Assembly (NCBI GenBank): GCA_028023455.1
Contig: JAQFVV010000009.1
Coordinates: 3,534,001 to 3,598,000 of the forward strand
DNA length: 64,000 nt
Origin: Epiperipatus broadwayi
Lineage: Eukaryota; Animalia; Onychophora
Direction: 5' to 3'
Of the stretch, positions 51,758 to 61,960 are shown one piece after another. Every line of letters begins with the position of its first letter. The stretch's first letter is position 1. The position numbers were made by a program, and so were the translations under genes. Below the pieces are notes generated by a model. The model was not told the DNA's origin, made no database searches, and was given only the letters and a program-made list of their open reading frames with translations.

Positions 51758-53129
51758 ATAAACTTTTATACTTTGGTCACTTAAGGTTTTTTTTCTTTCA
51801 TTGCATCATTTTTTATATTTCATACAAAAGAGCTCTTTTCTTCTCACTGTTTTATCATAGTACTTCCATTTCAAATATCTTTCAACAACATGCACAAAAT
51901 ATTATATTCATTATTAAAAATATTGGTGACTTGAGTTTCAACATTACTCCATGTAACATTTAAAATATTGCCTATTTGGGGCTTGTCAAAGGAGATGTGG
52001 GCATCTAGATCTGTGATCCAATCCAGAGCATTAGAGAAATCAACATCACATGGCTGATCATCAAGTATCTTAGCCCACTGATGTCATAAAAAAAATCATA
52101 AATGATGTTAAATATTATATAAAGAAATTGCAAATAAGCTCTTAACAAGCTTTGCAAAATATCTCTAATCCCAGACCAGTTTCTGCTACTGGCTTCCTCC
52201 ATGAAGTGCTAGGATATTCAAGCATTAGATTAAAAATACCAGGACAAGCCCAGCAGTTTATCTGATGGATAACTATTAAGTAGAAAATCTGAAAGTTTTC
52301 AGATGTCCATATGTCTTCCAATCCAGCTATCTAAGTTAAATAGCCATATGGTACAGAACTAAGTTCAAGATACACCATATATTAATAGCTTTAGCAATAT
52401 AAAATAATAACCTATTATAATTATCCCATAACTTAAACATATAATTCTCAGCTCTAGTCACCATGAAGCTATTTAAAGAATTGCAATCAAATTTTAAAAT
52501 TAAGTGATCACTACTTAGCCATAAAGAAGGTCTAGTATTTGCTTATAGGAATTTGATAACATGATGCTTATCAATAATATTGAGTCATGACTCCAAACTA
52601 TATGAAATGGATTACCATTTTGATTAGATGTGGATTGCAATATTCCATTTAAATTATACTTCAACATTATATCCTTCTTTGATTTTGTTTGATTAGGATA
52701 TTTATAAAATAAATCTTTAGACTTATATAAGGAGTGTGAAATTTTATCAACATACTCATTCCTTCTTTTACATTCAAATTTATAAAATACTTTTTTATAT
52801 GTGTGTATCTTACAAATCTTTAAATATTTCTTACATTTTATTTTAGGCTTGGGTTTGTAATAAGCTGATATGCATGAGTGGCACTTAAAATGTGATCTTA
52901 TATCTGACCTAAAATCACATTCACTATAGTAATACTTATAGCCATCAGAATATCATTCATACATTGCATTAAGTAATTCTGGTTCATTGTCATGAACATT
53001 TATGTCAATTAACTCTTTTAGTATCATGAGTTATTTGAATTTATAAACTCTTTTATATACTTTGTCTTAGGACCAAAGTTTGAGCATTATAACTGTCTAA
53101 CTAATTTATCATATACTTTGTTCTGTCAG

Positions 53130-54370
53130 TACCTACAACTTGCAGAATTTCCCCCTAGAGTTACATCTGTGACAATGAATGCGACACCCTCTTTCACATG
53201 ACACATTTAACTTCTTAGTATATTTCATATTTCTAGAGACCTTAATGTAAACCATTCTTTTATATCTCTGCAGCATTTTATGCCATTTAGCTTCATAATT
53301 ATAAGAATGCTTAAAAAAATTTCTAACAGAATACTTAGGTTGATGCTCAATGAAAAGATTCTTCTGCATAATGCCACTTCAGCTATACTTATTTGTAATG
53401 AGTACCTTCAATTTAGATTTATAGAGATAGTTATTATTAAAAGTTACTTCTTCCTTAAGAGATATGGGCTTTTGATTCTACAATCATTCTTTTGCTGGCT
53501 TTTCTGGAATTCAACCTTACCATTTTGCATCCTCTATTTAAAATTTTGTTCTAAAATTTATCTTGCATGATCATTTGCTTAATGACTAAATCATTGTTCA
53601 TCCCATCTTCAATTTTATTTCTAACTGTAGTCATTTCACCTCTACTATTTTTAAATAAAGCTTTTAAGTTGGTTAATGAATAATGGTGCATATTACAATT
53701 ATAACTAATTTCTTTATTTTTAAATCACAAATCATAATATCATTAAGAACCTTACAATTATTACTTGGTTTCTCTAAATTTCTTCTGTTATTTTTTTTAA
53801 ATATTATCTTATCTAAGTCAGTAAAACTATGCTGACAATTAGTGCCTTTAAACTCTTGCTTTTCATGAATTTTTGTGTGAGCTGATATTTGAAGGAGATT
53901 TTCAAATACCTCATTACAATATTTACAAATAAATCATTGCTCCTTAAAATGTAATTCTTTACAATGAGAAGCACAAGTATTTATGTAATTTGCTTTAAAT
54001 TCACAAATACAGGTAGATATCAAATCTATTATGCCCTGCAATTTTACACCTATGCCTTTCCTCAGATCCTTTCAGTTCTCTAAAATCTGCCTTTTGTTCT
54101 TCATATTATTTATTTAGCTCATCAAAATTCTTTCTGGATTCTATCTTTTGTAATTTGAACTTCTTATCTATACTTTCAAAATTCTTACTAATCTCTGTTC
54201 TATTCTCAAATTTCTTATCAAAAATTTTACTTATTTCTAATTTCTGCTCTTTAAATTTTTTTATCAAAATCTGTTTTTAATTCCTGTAACTGGCTGAGCA
54301 TCATTTTCATGATATTTCAACTTGTAACTCCAGGACCTATTTCTTGGTCCTTGACTTCCATAATAATACC
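53130..54370 (-). pseudogene. Decayed coiled-coil ORF (gag/ORF1-like)
   Basis: MLSQLQELKTDFDKKFKEQKLEISKIFDKKFENRTEISKNFESIDKKF heptad-like stretch with stops, similar in style to 31220-31860. Confidence 0.35.
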
Positions 54371-54742
54371 TGGCAAAAGAATTTTATCTAAGTGAACTTC
54401 ACATGCAAAATACTACTGTTTTATACCCAACAAAATGGACGTGTAAGACTTATCTTTTTACTTGCTGTAATAAAATGCTTATATAAGTATATAATAGATT
54501 GTTGTTGATGTCTGCCTCTGGACACTTTACAAAAAAATTGTTACTTCTGGTATTTTAAAACATGTGCATCCTGTTTTAACCTTAATGGGATAGTTTACAA
54601 TAACACTAAAATAGCCACTGATGCTTGGTAAATAACATACTTATCCCCCCCCCCCCCAATTTTTATATACAAAGTACATGTGAATTATGCTAATCTTGGA
54701 TATTGTGGTTTCTATTCATGGCCACATGTTGGGTGCTGAAAC

Positions 54743-55532
54743 TGTAATGATATATGAGAAGTAGTTATGATATGACTATAGAATTGATTTAAAAACATCG
54801 ACCTCATATATATTCCAAAATAAGAGACCTGTATGAGGAATCTCTAATCTATATGCCCCACAAGCTAAAGACTTTATTAATATTTATGAAATTTGTAGTT
54901 CAAGACTAGCAGAATTATGTTTGATAAAGTCATTTGCATATATATGAAAACCTACTTCCCTGTTTTGATTAGTAAATATTGCTAACTCTTAAGACTAAAT
55001 CTACCATTGATAAATAATTCTGATAATAAGGATTGCTGTTTAATTGTATCAACCTATCTGAGTAATGTAAAATGAAATAACTAAAGCTAGGGTTTTAAGT
55101 TAATAGATAAATATTTTATTTACATTGGTAACTAGAATATAGATCATGAAATTGCATATTAAAATATCATTAGCTTATAATAACTAGCATGTGCGTGTTT
55201 ACATTGTGGGTGATGTTAAACAAGGTATTTAGCTTAAATTAAAGGAAGATACACATTTAGTTTAATTTTGCTGATAATTTAATATTGAAAATTATTAACT
55301 TATTATGGTCTATGTTGGGGTTAAACTTAAATAAGTTATCTTGGCAAGAATTGTTCAATAATTATTTATCCTTTCGTGGTATAAAGCAATTTTCTTTAAT
55401 TGAATGTGTAAATGTGATTGTTTACTTTATATAATTCTATTCATGAAATCATTCTTTAACATTTGTATATAATGTAAGTTAAATAAAATTTAGACAAAGA
55501 CATCACTAAAATCAAATATTCACTATATTGGG
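54743..55532 (+). repeat. About 800-bp dispersed direct repeat, copy 2
   Basis: Aligns with 46590-47420 and ends exactly where the Penelope-like element begins. Confidence 0.92.
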
Positions 55533-55571
55533 TAAAATCATCAACACTCCTTTAACACTTTAAGCAAATAA

Positions 55572-55625
55572 TTTTATTTAACAGTTTCGACTGTACTAGC
55601 AGTCTTCGTCAGATCTACAACATAA
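55572..55625 (-). ncRNA. Minimal type I hammerhead ribozyme in the PLE 3' terminal repeat
   Basis: CTGACGA (55612-55606) A GACTG ctagta CAGTC GAAA (55588-55585) CTGTTA, followed by AATAAA. CpGs are intact. Confidence 0.85.
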
Positions 55626-56362
55626 AAAAATTAGATAAATATTATATCAATACAACCAAAATTATTATTCTTCATATTCTCATATAAAATTATAATAAAA
55701 CAAAATAATATAAAGCAAAAACAACTCAGTCCAAAACCTTTCAACCAAAATTTTCCCATATCTTTTAAAAAAACCCAAAACATAAAAACTAAACTATAAA
55801 AAATAATAAAAAAAAATTTTTAATAATAAAAATATAAAAATTTCTTTAAAATCATTTTTAAATTATTTTTTAAGATTACAAGCAAATAAATGCATTAAAA
55901 CAATTCAAATTTTATTATCAAACCATTAAAAACAAAACCCTTAAAACCCATTAAAACATTAATCTAAAAAATTAATACCAAAAATTATCATTTTTATCAT
56001 AATTACATATATAAGACCAAAAACCCAAAATCAAAAATTAAAATTAAAAAATAAACTTAAAAATAAAAATTAAAAAATCAAAAAAAAAAAAAACAAAATA
56101 AAAAAAAACCAAAATATTAAAAATCAAAAAACAATAAACTAAAATCATTCTTCCCCCCTTTTTTTACACTCTCATTTATACCCTACTTATTTCATTTTAT
56201 ACCTTCATACCATCCCCTCAATTCCCTTCCTCATATATACTCTAATACTCCCTACCATCTTTACTTATTTAACTACCATCTTATAACATTTAATATCAAT
56301 ACAAACTTAACTATTTTACCTTAACTTTCCTTCTACCTTCACCTTTCCTCCATCTTTTTTTA

Positions 56363-56550
56363 TTATTAACCACTTCCCAACTTCCTTTCTTTCCCCATCA
56401 ACTTGCTCCCCCTATTAACCACTTCTATTACTTAATTACCCTAACTCTTAATTCTTTATTAACCACTTCCCAACTTCCTTTCTTTCCCCATCACCTAGCT
56501 CCCTCTATTAACCACTTCTATTATTTAATTGCCCTAAATTTTAATTCTTT
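56363..56550. repeat. Two tandem 93-bp units in the PLE 3' region
   Basis: TTATTAACCACTTCCCAACTTCCTTTCTTTCCCCATCA... starts at 56363 and 56456. The sub-motif TATTAACCACTTC occurs four times. Confidence 0.92.
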
Positions 56551-56612
56551 ACCCTATCAAGCTTTACATTTCCCCTCACTTAAATCATTCTAAACTTTTC
56601 TACTGTTTAATT

Positions 56613-58103
56613 TCACACTACCCAAGTCCTAATCCCTTTTTCTCTATTAATACTAGGCCTTATTCTCTTAATTAACAATGATTCTCTTATCTTCCTGTTC
56701 CTTCTACTGTTTGCAAAACTAATCATTTTTATACTTTCCTTCTCCAAATCATGCCCTGTCTCCATCATATGCACAAATACTGGAGAACTTTTTTTATACC
56801 TATGTTGCCTCAGCCTTGTATATATAGAGTTATTTGTCTCACCCACATATTTATTTCTAACCCCCTTATCCCTACACTTTTTACACTCTATCATATAAAC
56901 CCCATTAACATAATTCCTCTCTTTATCTATATATTTATTATCCAAAACCTTCATCAAATTTTTTCTCTTCTTATTCACTATTCTGTATTTCACATCATTT
57001 CTATATTTTACATTAAGCTTTTCAATTATACTATTAATTTTCCTAACTATTCTATAATCATGTACTCTTATTTCTATATATTTGTTATTCCTATCCCTTT
57101 TAATTACTCTTCTCTCATTCTCTTCTTCCTTTCTACATTTCCTTTCTACACTCTCAATATTCCTCTTGATTATCTTTTCTGGATACTCACTATCCCTAAA
57201 CTCCTTAAATATCATATCTATTTCCTTTTTATAATCTTCTTTATCTCTGCAATAATTATTTGCTCTAAATACTCTTGATGTTATAGAATTAATTTTAAAT
57301 TGCTTATCTACATCAGACTCCCAATTCACTATATTACCCTTCTCCTTCTTTCTAAACACCCCTGTTCTCACTTTACACTTCCCTTTACTATATTCCTTTT
57401 TCATCATTATATCCAAATACACCAATTCATTATTCTTTTCCCATTCCATTGTGAATCTTAACTTCTTATCCAACTTATTAACCTTATCATAATACTTTTT
57501 TACTTGTCTTTCAGTCTTATTAAATATCAATAAGAAATCATCTACATATTTCTTAATTAAAATTGGTCCATTTTCCTCCTTCACCATAGCTTCTTCCACA
57601 TCTTGCATGTAAATATCACTCAACACTCCACTTAATGCTCCTCCTATCAATAACCCTTCTTTCTGTTTATAATAACTCCCATTAAACTGAAAAGTAATAT
57701 CTCTACAACACAAGCTCATTAAATTTTCCAACACTTCTACTGGCATTTCTACCTCTTTCTCTCTATCCCTCCTATACTTGTCCACTGCCAGCCCTATTGC
57801 TTTCTTTACATCTATATTTGTGTACATAGACACCACATCCATTTTCACCATTATCAAATTATACCTCTCATATTTTTCCACCCTTTCCCTAATTTCCTCC
57901 ACCAACTGCCTATTATTTTTTATGAAAGCCACACTCTCCCTATTCACATACTTCCTAAACATCTTTCTCAACCATTTTGATACCCTATCATAATACGATC
58001 CTATACCATTAATCACTGGTCTCAATGGCACTCCTTCTTTATATATTTTTGGCGCTCCATAAATCTTCGCGACCTCACAATCCTTACTTACTATATTTTC
58101 CAT
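56613..58103 (-). CDS. Penelope-like reverse transcriptase / GIY-YIG endonuclease (496-aa open part)
   Basis: GAPKIYKEGVPLRPVI; MDVVSMYTNI; QKEGLLIGGALSGVLSDIYM; YVDDF; FTMEWE; GVYMIECKKC...YVGET...RLRQH. Confidence 0.95.
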   Translation of the reverse strand: MENIVSKDCEVAKIYGAPKIYKEGVPLRPVINGIGSYYDRVSKWLRKMFRKYVNRESVAFIKNNRQLVEEIRERVEKYERYNLIMVKMDVVSMYTNIDVKKAIGLAVDKYRRDREKEVEMPVEVLENLMSLCCRDITFQFNGSYYKQKEGLLIGGALSGVLSDIYMQDVEEAMVKEENGPILIKKYVDDFLLIFNKTERQVKKYYDKVNKLDKKLRFTMEWEKNNELVYLDIMMKKEYSKGKCKVRTGVFRKKEKGNIVNWESDVDKQFKINSITSRVFRANNYCRDKEDYKKEIDMIFKEFRDSEYPEKIIKRNIESVERKCRKEEENERRVIKRDRNNKYIEIRVHDYRIVRKINSIIEKLNVKYRNDVKYRIVNKKRKNLMKVLDNKYIDKERNYVNGVYMIECKKCRDKGVRNKYVGETNNSIYTRLRQHRYKKSSPVFVHMMETGHDLEKESIKMISFANSRRNRKIRESLLIKRIRPSINREKGIRTWVV

Positions 58104-58323
58104 TACTCCCCTACTTATTATTCCTTTTTATCTCCTTTAACCATTCCATATATCTTATCACTCTTCATCTTTATCATTCCTTCCTATTCTAACAAAAATT
58201 CCTCCTTCAACAACTCTTCCATTTTTTATATATTCTTCTCTATACATTATAACCTTTTCCACCTTTATCTACTTCATAAAATTACATCTCTTTCATATTT
58301 CCTTTTAAGTTTTTTAACTTCAT

Positions 58324-58899
58324 CTATCCTATCTTTCTTTCCATCTGCTTCCTATTTTGTCTTACATACTTCATTTTATATACCATATTACCAATATCTT
58401 CTTTTAACTCATTCATCCATTTTTTATCATTCCCACTCATAACATTATACACATTTCTATTATCATAATAATATATCCCATATTTATCCTCCAACACTCT
58501 CTGCACCATTTTTTCTACCCCTATTTGTAATTCCATAGTATCTTCTCTGCTACTATCTTCATATGGAACATACTTCAATCCTTTGTTTATTATCCTTAAA
58601 TGTTCTTCTTTCAATTTTATTAATGTCAAGTTACATACATTACTTTCTTCATTTCTTTCTTCTCCTTCTACTTTTTCTTTTCTTCTCATCAACTTATCCA
58701 TCTTCTTCTAATGTCTTTCATTTGTCTTATCATTTATAATACCTCTCTTCACTTCAAACAAGTCTTCAAATAATTGTTCTTCTTTCCTATTAATTCTAGT
58801 CACCAGTTTCCTTTCCAAATCCTTAATATCTTCATAAATCCTGTTTTTATTTCTATATCCTATTATGTACAACAATGTCACTCTCTTATATAATGACAA
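58324..58899 (-). pseudogene. Frameshifted N-terminal part of the same PLE polyprotein
   Basis: NLTLIKLKEEHLRIINKGLKYVP matches the typical PLE N-terminal NLS..L...E...L.KGL.F.P motif. A DKG motif follows in a shifted frame before 58103. Confidence 0.8.
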
Positions 58900-59280
58900 T
58901 TATTTTTTGAATAGGTGAATGAAATATTTTGATCATTTTTTGAATAATGATGAAAGAATTGAGATAACACTTTTGAATAATATATTGATTTTATATACAC
59001 ATTTAGATTTGATAGAGATATACTTCTTAATGAAATCAAAACAGTTCTTTGTAATTTTAAAAATATTAATGTTGCAAATCCTGATAAAATATCTGGAAAA
59101 GTTTAAAATATGCTGGTAATACCTTAGCTTTAAAAATATGGGAATCTTTCTGAAATATATGAGCCATGAAGTAGTGCCATCTGATTTTAAGAAAGCTTCT
59201 ATTATCCCCATTATCAAAAGTGGAATAGGTAAGATTTCAGTATAATAATGATAAAACTCATTTCTAAAGTAGTTTTTTTT
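58900..59280 (+). mobile_element. Decayed LINE RT fragment abutting the PLE
   Basis: DILLNEIKTVLCNFKNINVANPDKISGK...VPSDFKKASIIPIIKSG resembles the conserved pre-RT KAPGPD...WK.A.I.PI.K.G region. Confidence 0.7.
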
Positions 59281-61054
59281 CCCTTTTATTCTTGGTATTA
59301 AAGCAGCCATACTCATTTACAAGTGGTTGCTATTTTTTTTACCATTCATAACACGGGTTTAAATTCAGTCAAAAAAATCTGAACCATGGAAATTTTTTCA
59401 GTTTTTTTTAGTTAGAAGAATATCTTTATTAAGAAATGTAATTTAATTTCTAAACAAAAAACAAAGTTTAATTTCTTGATACTGTAAGATTGCTTTATTG
59501 CAAAGTGTAGCATTTCAAATTATATAATTCATAGGCACTATACAGAAAAAATATTCCTTAGTAATTTGATCTACTCATATTGTTTAGCTACTAATTAATC
59601 TGAGGCTGAATTCAAGGATTAATAAAACATAAAGCCAATTAAGCATGAATGGATTTCCTGAAATTTATAAGTTAGTTTAACTAAATGTAATCTGATTCCA
59701 ATATAAAATGTAAATCACATATATTACATTTATATCCAATACAATTAATAATAATATAAAGGTGTTACCTATATCTTTATATCTCCACATTATCTTAAGA
59801 ACTTTATTATTTATTTATTATTATACTAATAATAACTATAAACTAAATAATTCAACAATTATAAGTAAAGTTTATTTAAGTGATTCCTCAAATATATTCA
59901 CAAACAGTTGAGAATTATTCTGTGAAAATATTTACATTTTGCAGAGTACTTCAATGTTTAAAACTTACTAGCAATACTTTAATATAAGCACTCGGATTAA
60001 ATAAGAAGCACAAGATAATTCCTTTTGTAGGTTTAAATCCAAAATAATGATTTTAAGAATTTAATAAAACACATTTAGTAATCCTATTCTGGATTGTATA
60101 ATTAACACTTTAATCCATTTAGAATATCTGCTGACCAATTTATGATAATGACATTATTTTATATTATGGCATTCATAATCACAAATCCATTATTATAAGA
60201 TGAACTTTGTATTTTAGTTTTATATAAAGAGAGTAATTTAATCAGTTAGAAAAACACTTGTAGACTAATATCCTTATCATTGGTGTTTATCCATATTTTA
60301 AAAGCAATAGATTACTAATTCTTTGGTTTAAATACACTTAATTTATTTTGCTATAGTTCAGGCCATTTTAATAATTTATAAGATCTAGCAAATAAATAAT
60401 AATCCATACTAAATTAACTTCATTGAAGAAATAACTTCATTGATTTTTCTTCAAAGCTGGAAATTTATATGTTGATTTAGCTTCACATTGTATAAAGTTT
60501 TAACTTTCAGTAATACATAATGAGATAATTCATATAGTTTTCAAACGTTATTTCAAAATTATTTTGAAGGAAGAGACAAATGATTTTATTGATTTTTCTG
60601 AGCATCCTATAGGCAATTTTCCAAAATTCCACTAACAATTGAAGACAGTAAATTAGATTTTCTTTAAAATAATATTTAAATGATAATCTCTGTTGTTGTT
60701 TATCCATTTTAGTCTATTTAGTCAGCTAGGAAAAATTCCCAGAGTGAATTTGTCTACTTGGCCATTCTGGAAATAATATAAAAATGGATATTTTAAAATT
60801 TAATTTGCCCGGATCTTGGATGCACTATAGTTATACAAAGACTGATTTAATTTTGTCAAGAAGTCACATTTATAGCCTCTGGTTATCTGGTATCTTAATT
60901 AGTAACCATTATCCATATCTCTTCATGTCTTTTATGCTTTTTTTCAGGAAAAAATTGTTAATTGCTTTGATGATACAGAATAGCAGTCAATCATAAATTG
61001 TCTGGGTTTATTCAGTATGTAATTTCCAGACATTGGATAAAATAATAACATGAA

Positions 61055-61212
61055 TAATAATAGTAGTAGTAGTAGTTGTAGTAGTAGTAGTAGCAATAGC
61101 AGTAATAGTTGCAGTAATAAGAGTAGTAATAGCTGCTACCACTATCGCTACTGCTATTGCTATTTCTACTACTACTACTACTACTACTGCTAATAATAAT
61201 AATAGCAGCAGT
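61055..61212. repeat. Palindromic trinucleotide microsatellite: (TAG)n switching to (CTA)n
   Basis: The left half is TAG-rich and the right half CTA-rich. The variant block TAGCAATAGCAGTA occurs on opposite strands in the two halves. Confidence 0.9.
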
Positions 61213-61439
61213 AGAAAGCCATTCACCTGCATTGAACACAGTTTTCTAGTTCTGTTTTATATAGTCTCAAAGTACTTTAAATAACAAGTTGACAAGGTAA
61301 AATTCTTACCTACATACAATTTATTTTTACAATTTTTCATCACCCAATTATTTTTTTGCACTTCAGCCATTTTTTTTAGTATAAATTTGATAAAAATTAT
61401 TACATTTAATCTTTTAATTAAAGTCAAATATGGTGAAGG

Positions 61440-61960
61440 AACTATCACATGACCAGATATCATCTGCCAATATTATGAATTCTCATAATCAAAGCCCAAA
61501 TTTTAATTAAACATATCAGAACTTTATTAGCAATAATGTGGAAATTCTTCATAGCAACAAGGACATAATTTCTAATAAAAATCAACAACTTCAGAAAAAA
61601 ATCCAAATGCTAAGCAAAGATATAGAAATGTCATCATCAGTGATGAACAAATTCTCCATGGTAATAAAAGTATAGATTGAGATATTTTCTTCAAAGATCA
61701 AACTACAAATTTTAAAAATCATATAGCAACAAGGATATAAGCTCAAATAATATCAAACATCTTAAGAAATCAAAGTCCAAATCCTAACCAAATAGATGGA
61801 AATGTTAGCACTGATGCAGAAAATGTCCACGTTAACCAGGATATAGGTTCAGATGGGACTACTCACTCCAAAGGTCAAAATACAAGTTCTCTAAAAAAAT
61901 CACATGCCAAATGTCATCAGTAATAATTTACAAGCATCCCATAGTAACAACAATGTAATC
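61440..61960 (+). pseudogene. Frameshifted N/S/Q/D-rich coding-like region with about 172-bp internal repeats
   Basis: ATAGCAACAAGGA(C/T)ATA at about 61552 and 61722, and CCAAAT(G/C)CTAA..AAATG blocks at about 61600 and 61773. Frames read e.g. NQSPNPNQIDGNVSTDAENVHVNQDIGSDG. Confidence 0.35.

Larger units (their letters stand above)
55535..58899 (-). mobile_element. Young Penelope-like retroelement (RT + C-terminal GIY-YIG), probably 5'-truncated
   Basis: Long RT-EN ORF, upstream PLE N-terminal fragments, a 3' hammerhead and AATAAA. A uniform G-poor plus strand delimits the element. Confidence 0.95.

Noticed and set aside
55630-56150. NUMT or telomere-like (TTAAAACCC) sequence
   Set aside because: No mitochondrial gene motif or regular repeat unit was found. 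The tract lies between the PLE ORF and its ribozyme and shares the element's strand skew.
56751-57993. Plus-strand ORFs of 175 aa and 71 aa
   Set aside because: These are antisense shadows of the purine-rich PLE ORF.
61008-61239. ORFs with poly-L/V/T or poly-S/Y
   Set aside because: They are translations of the trinucleotide microsatellite.
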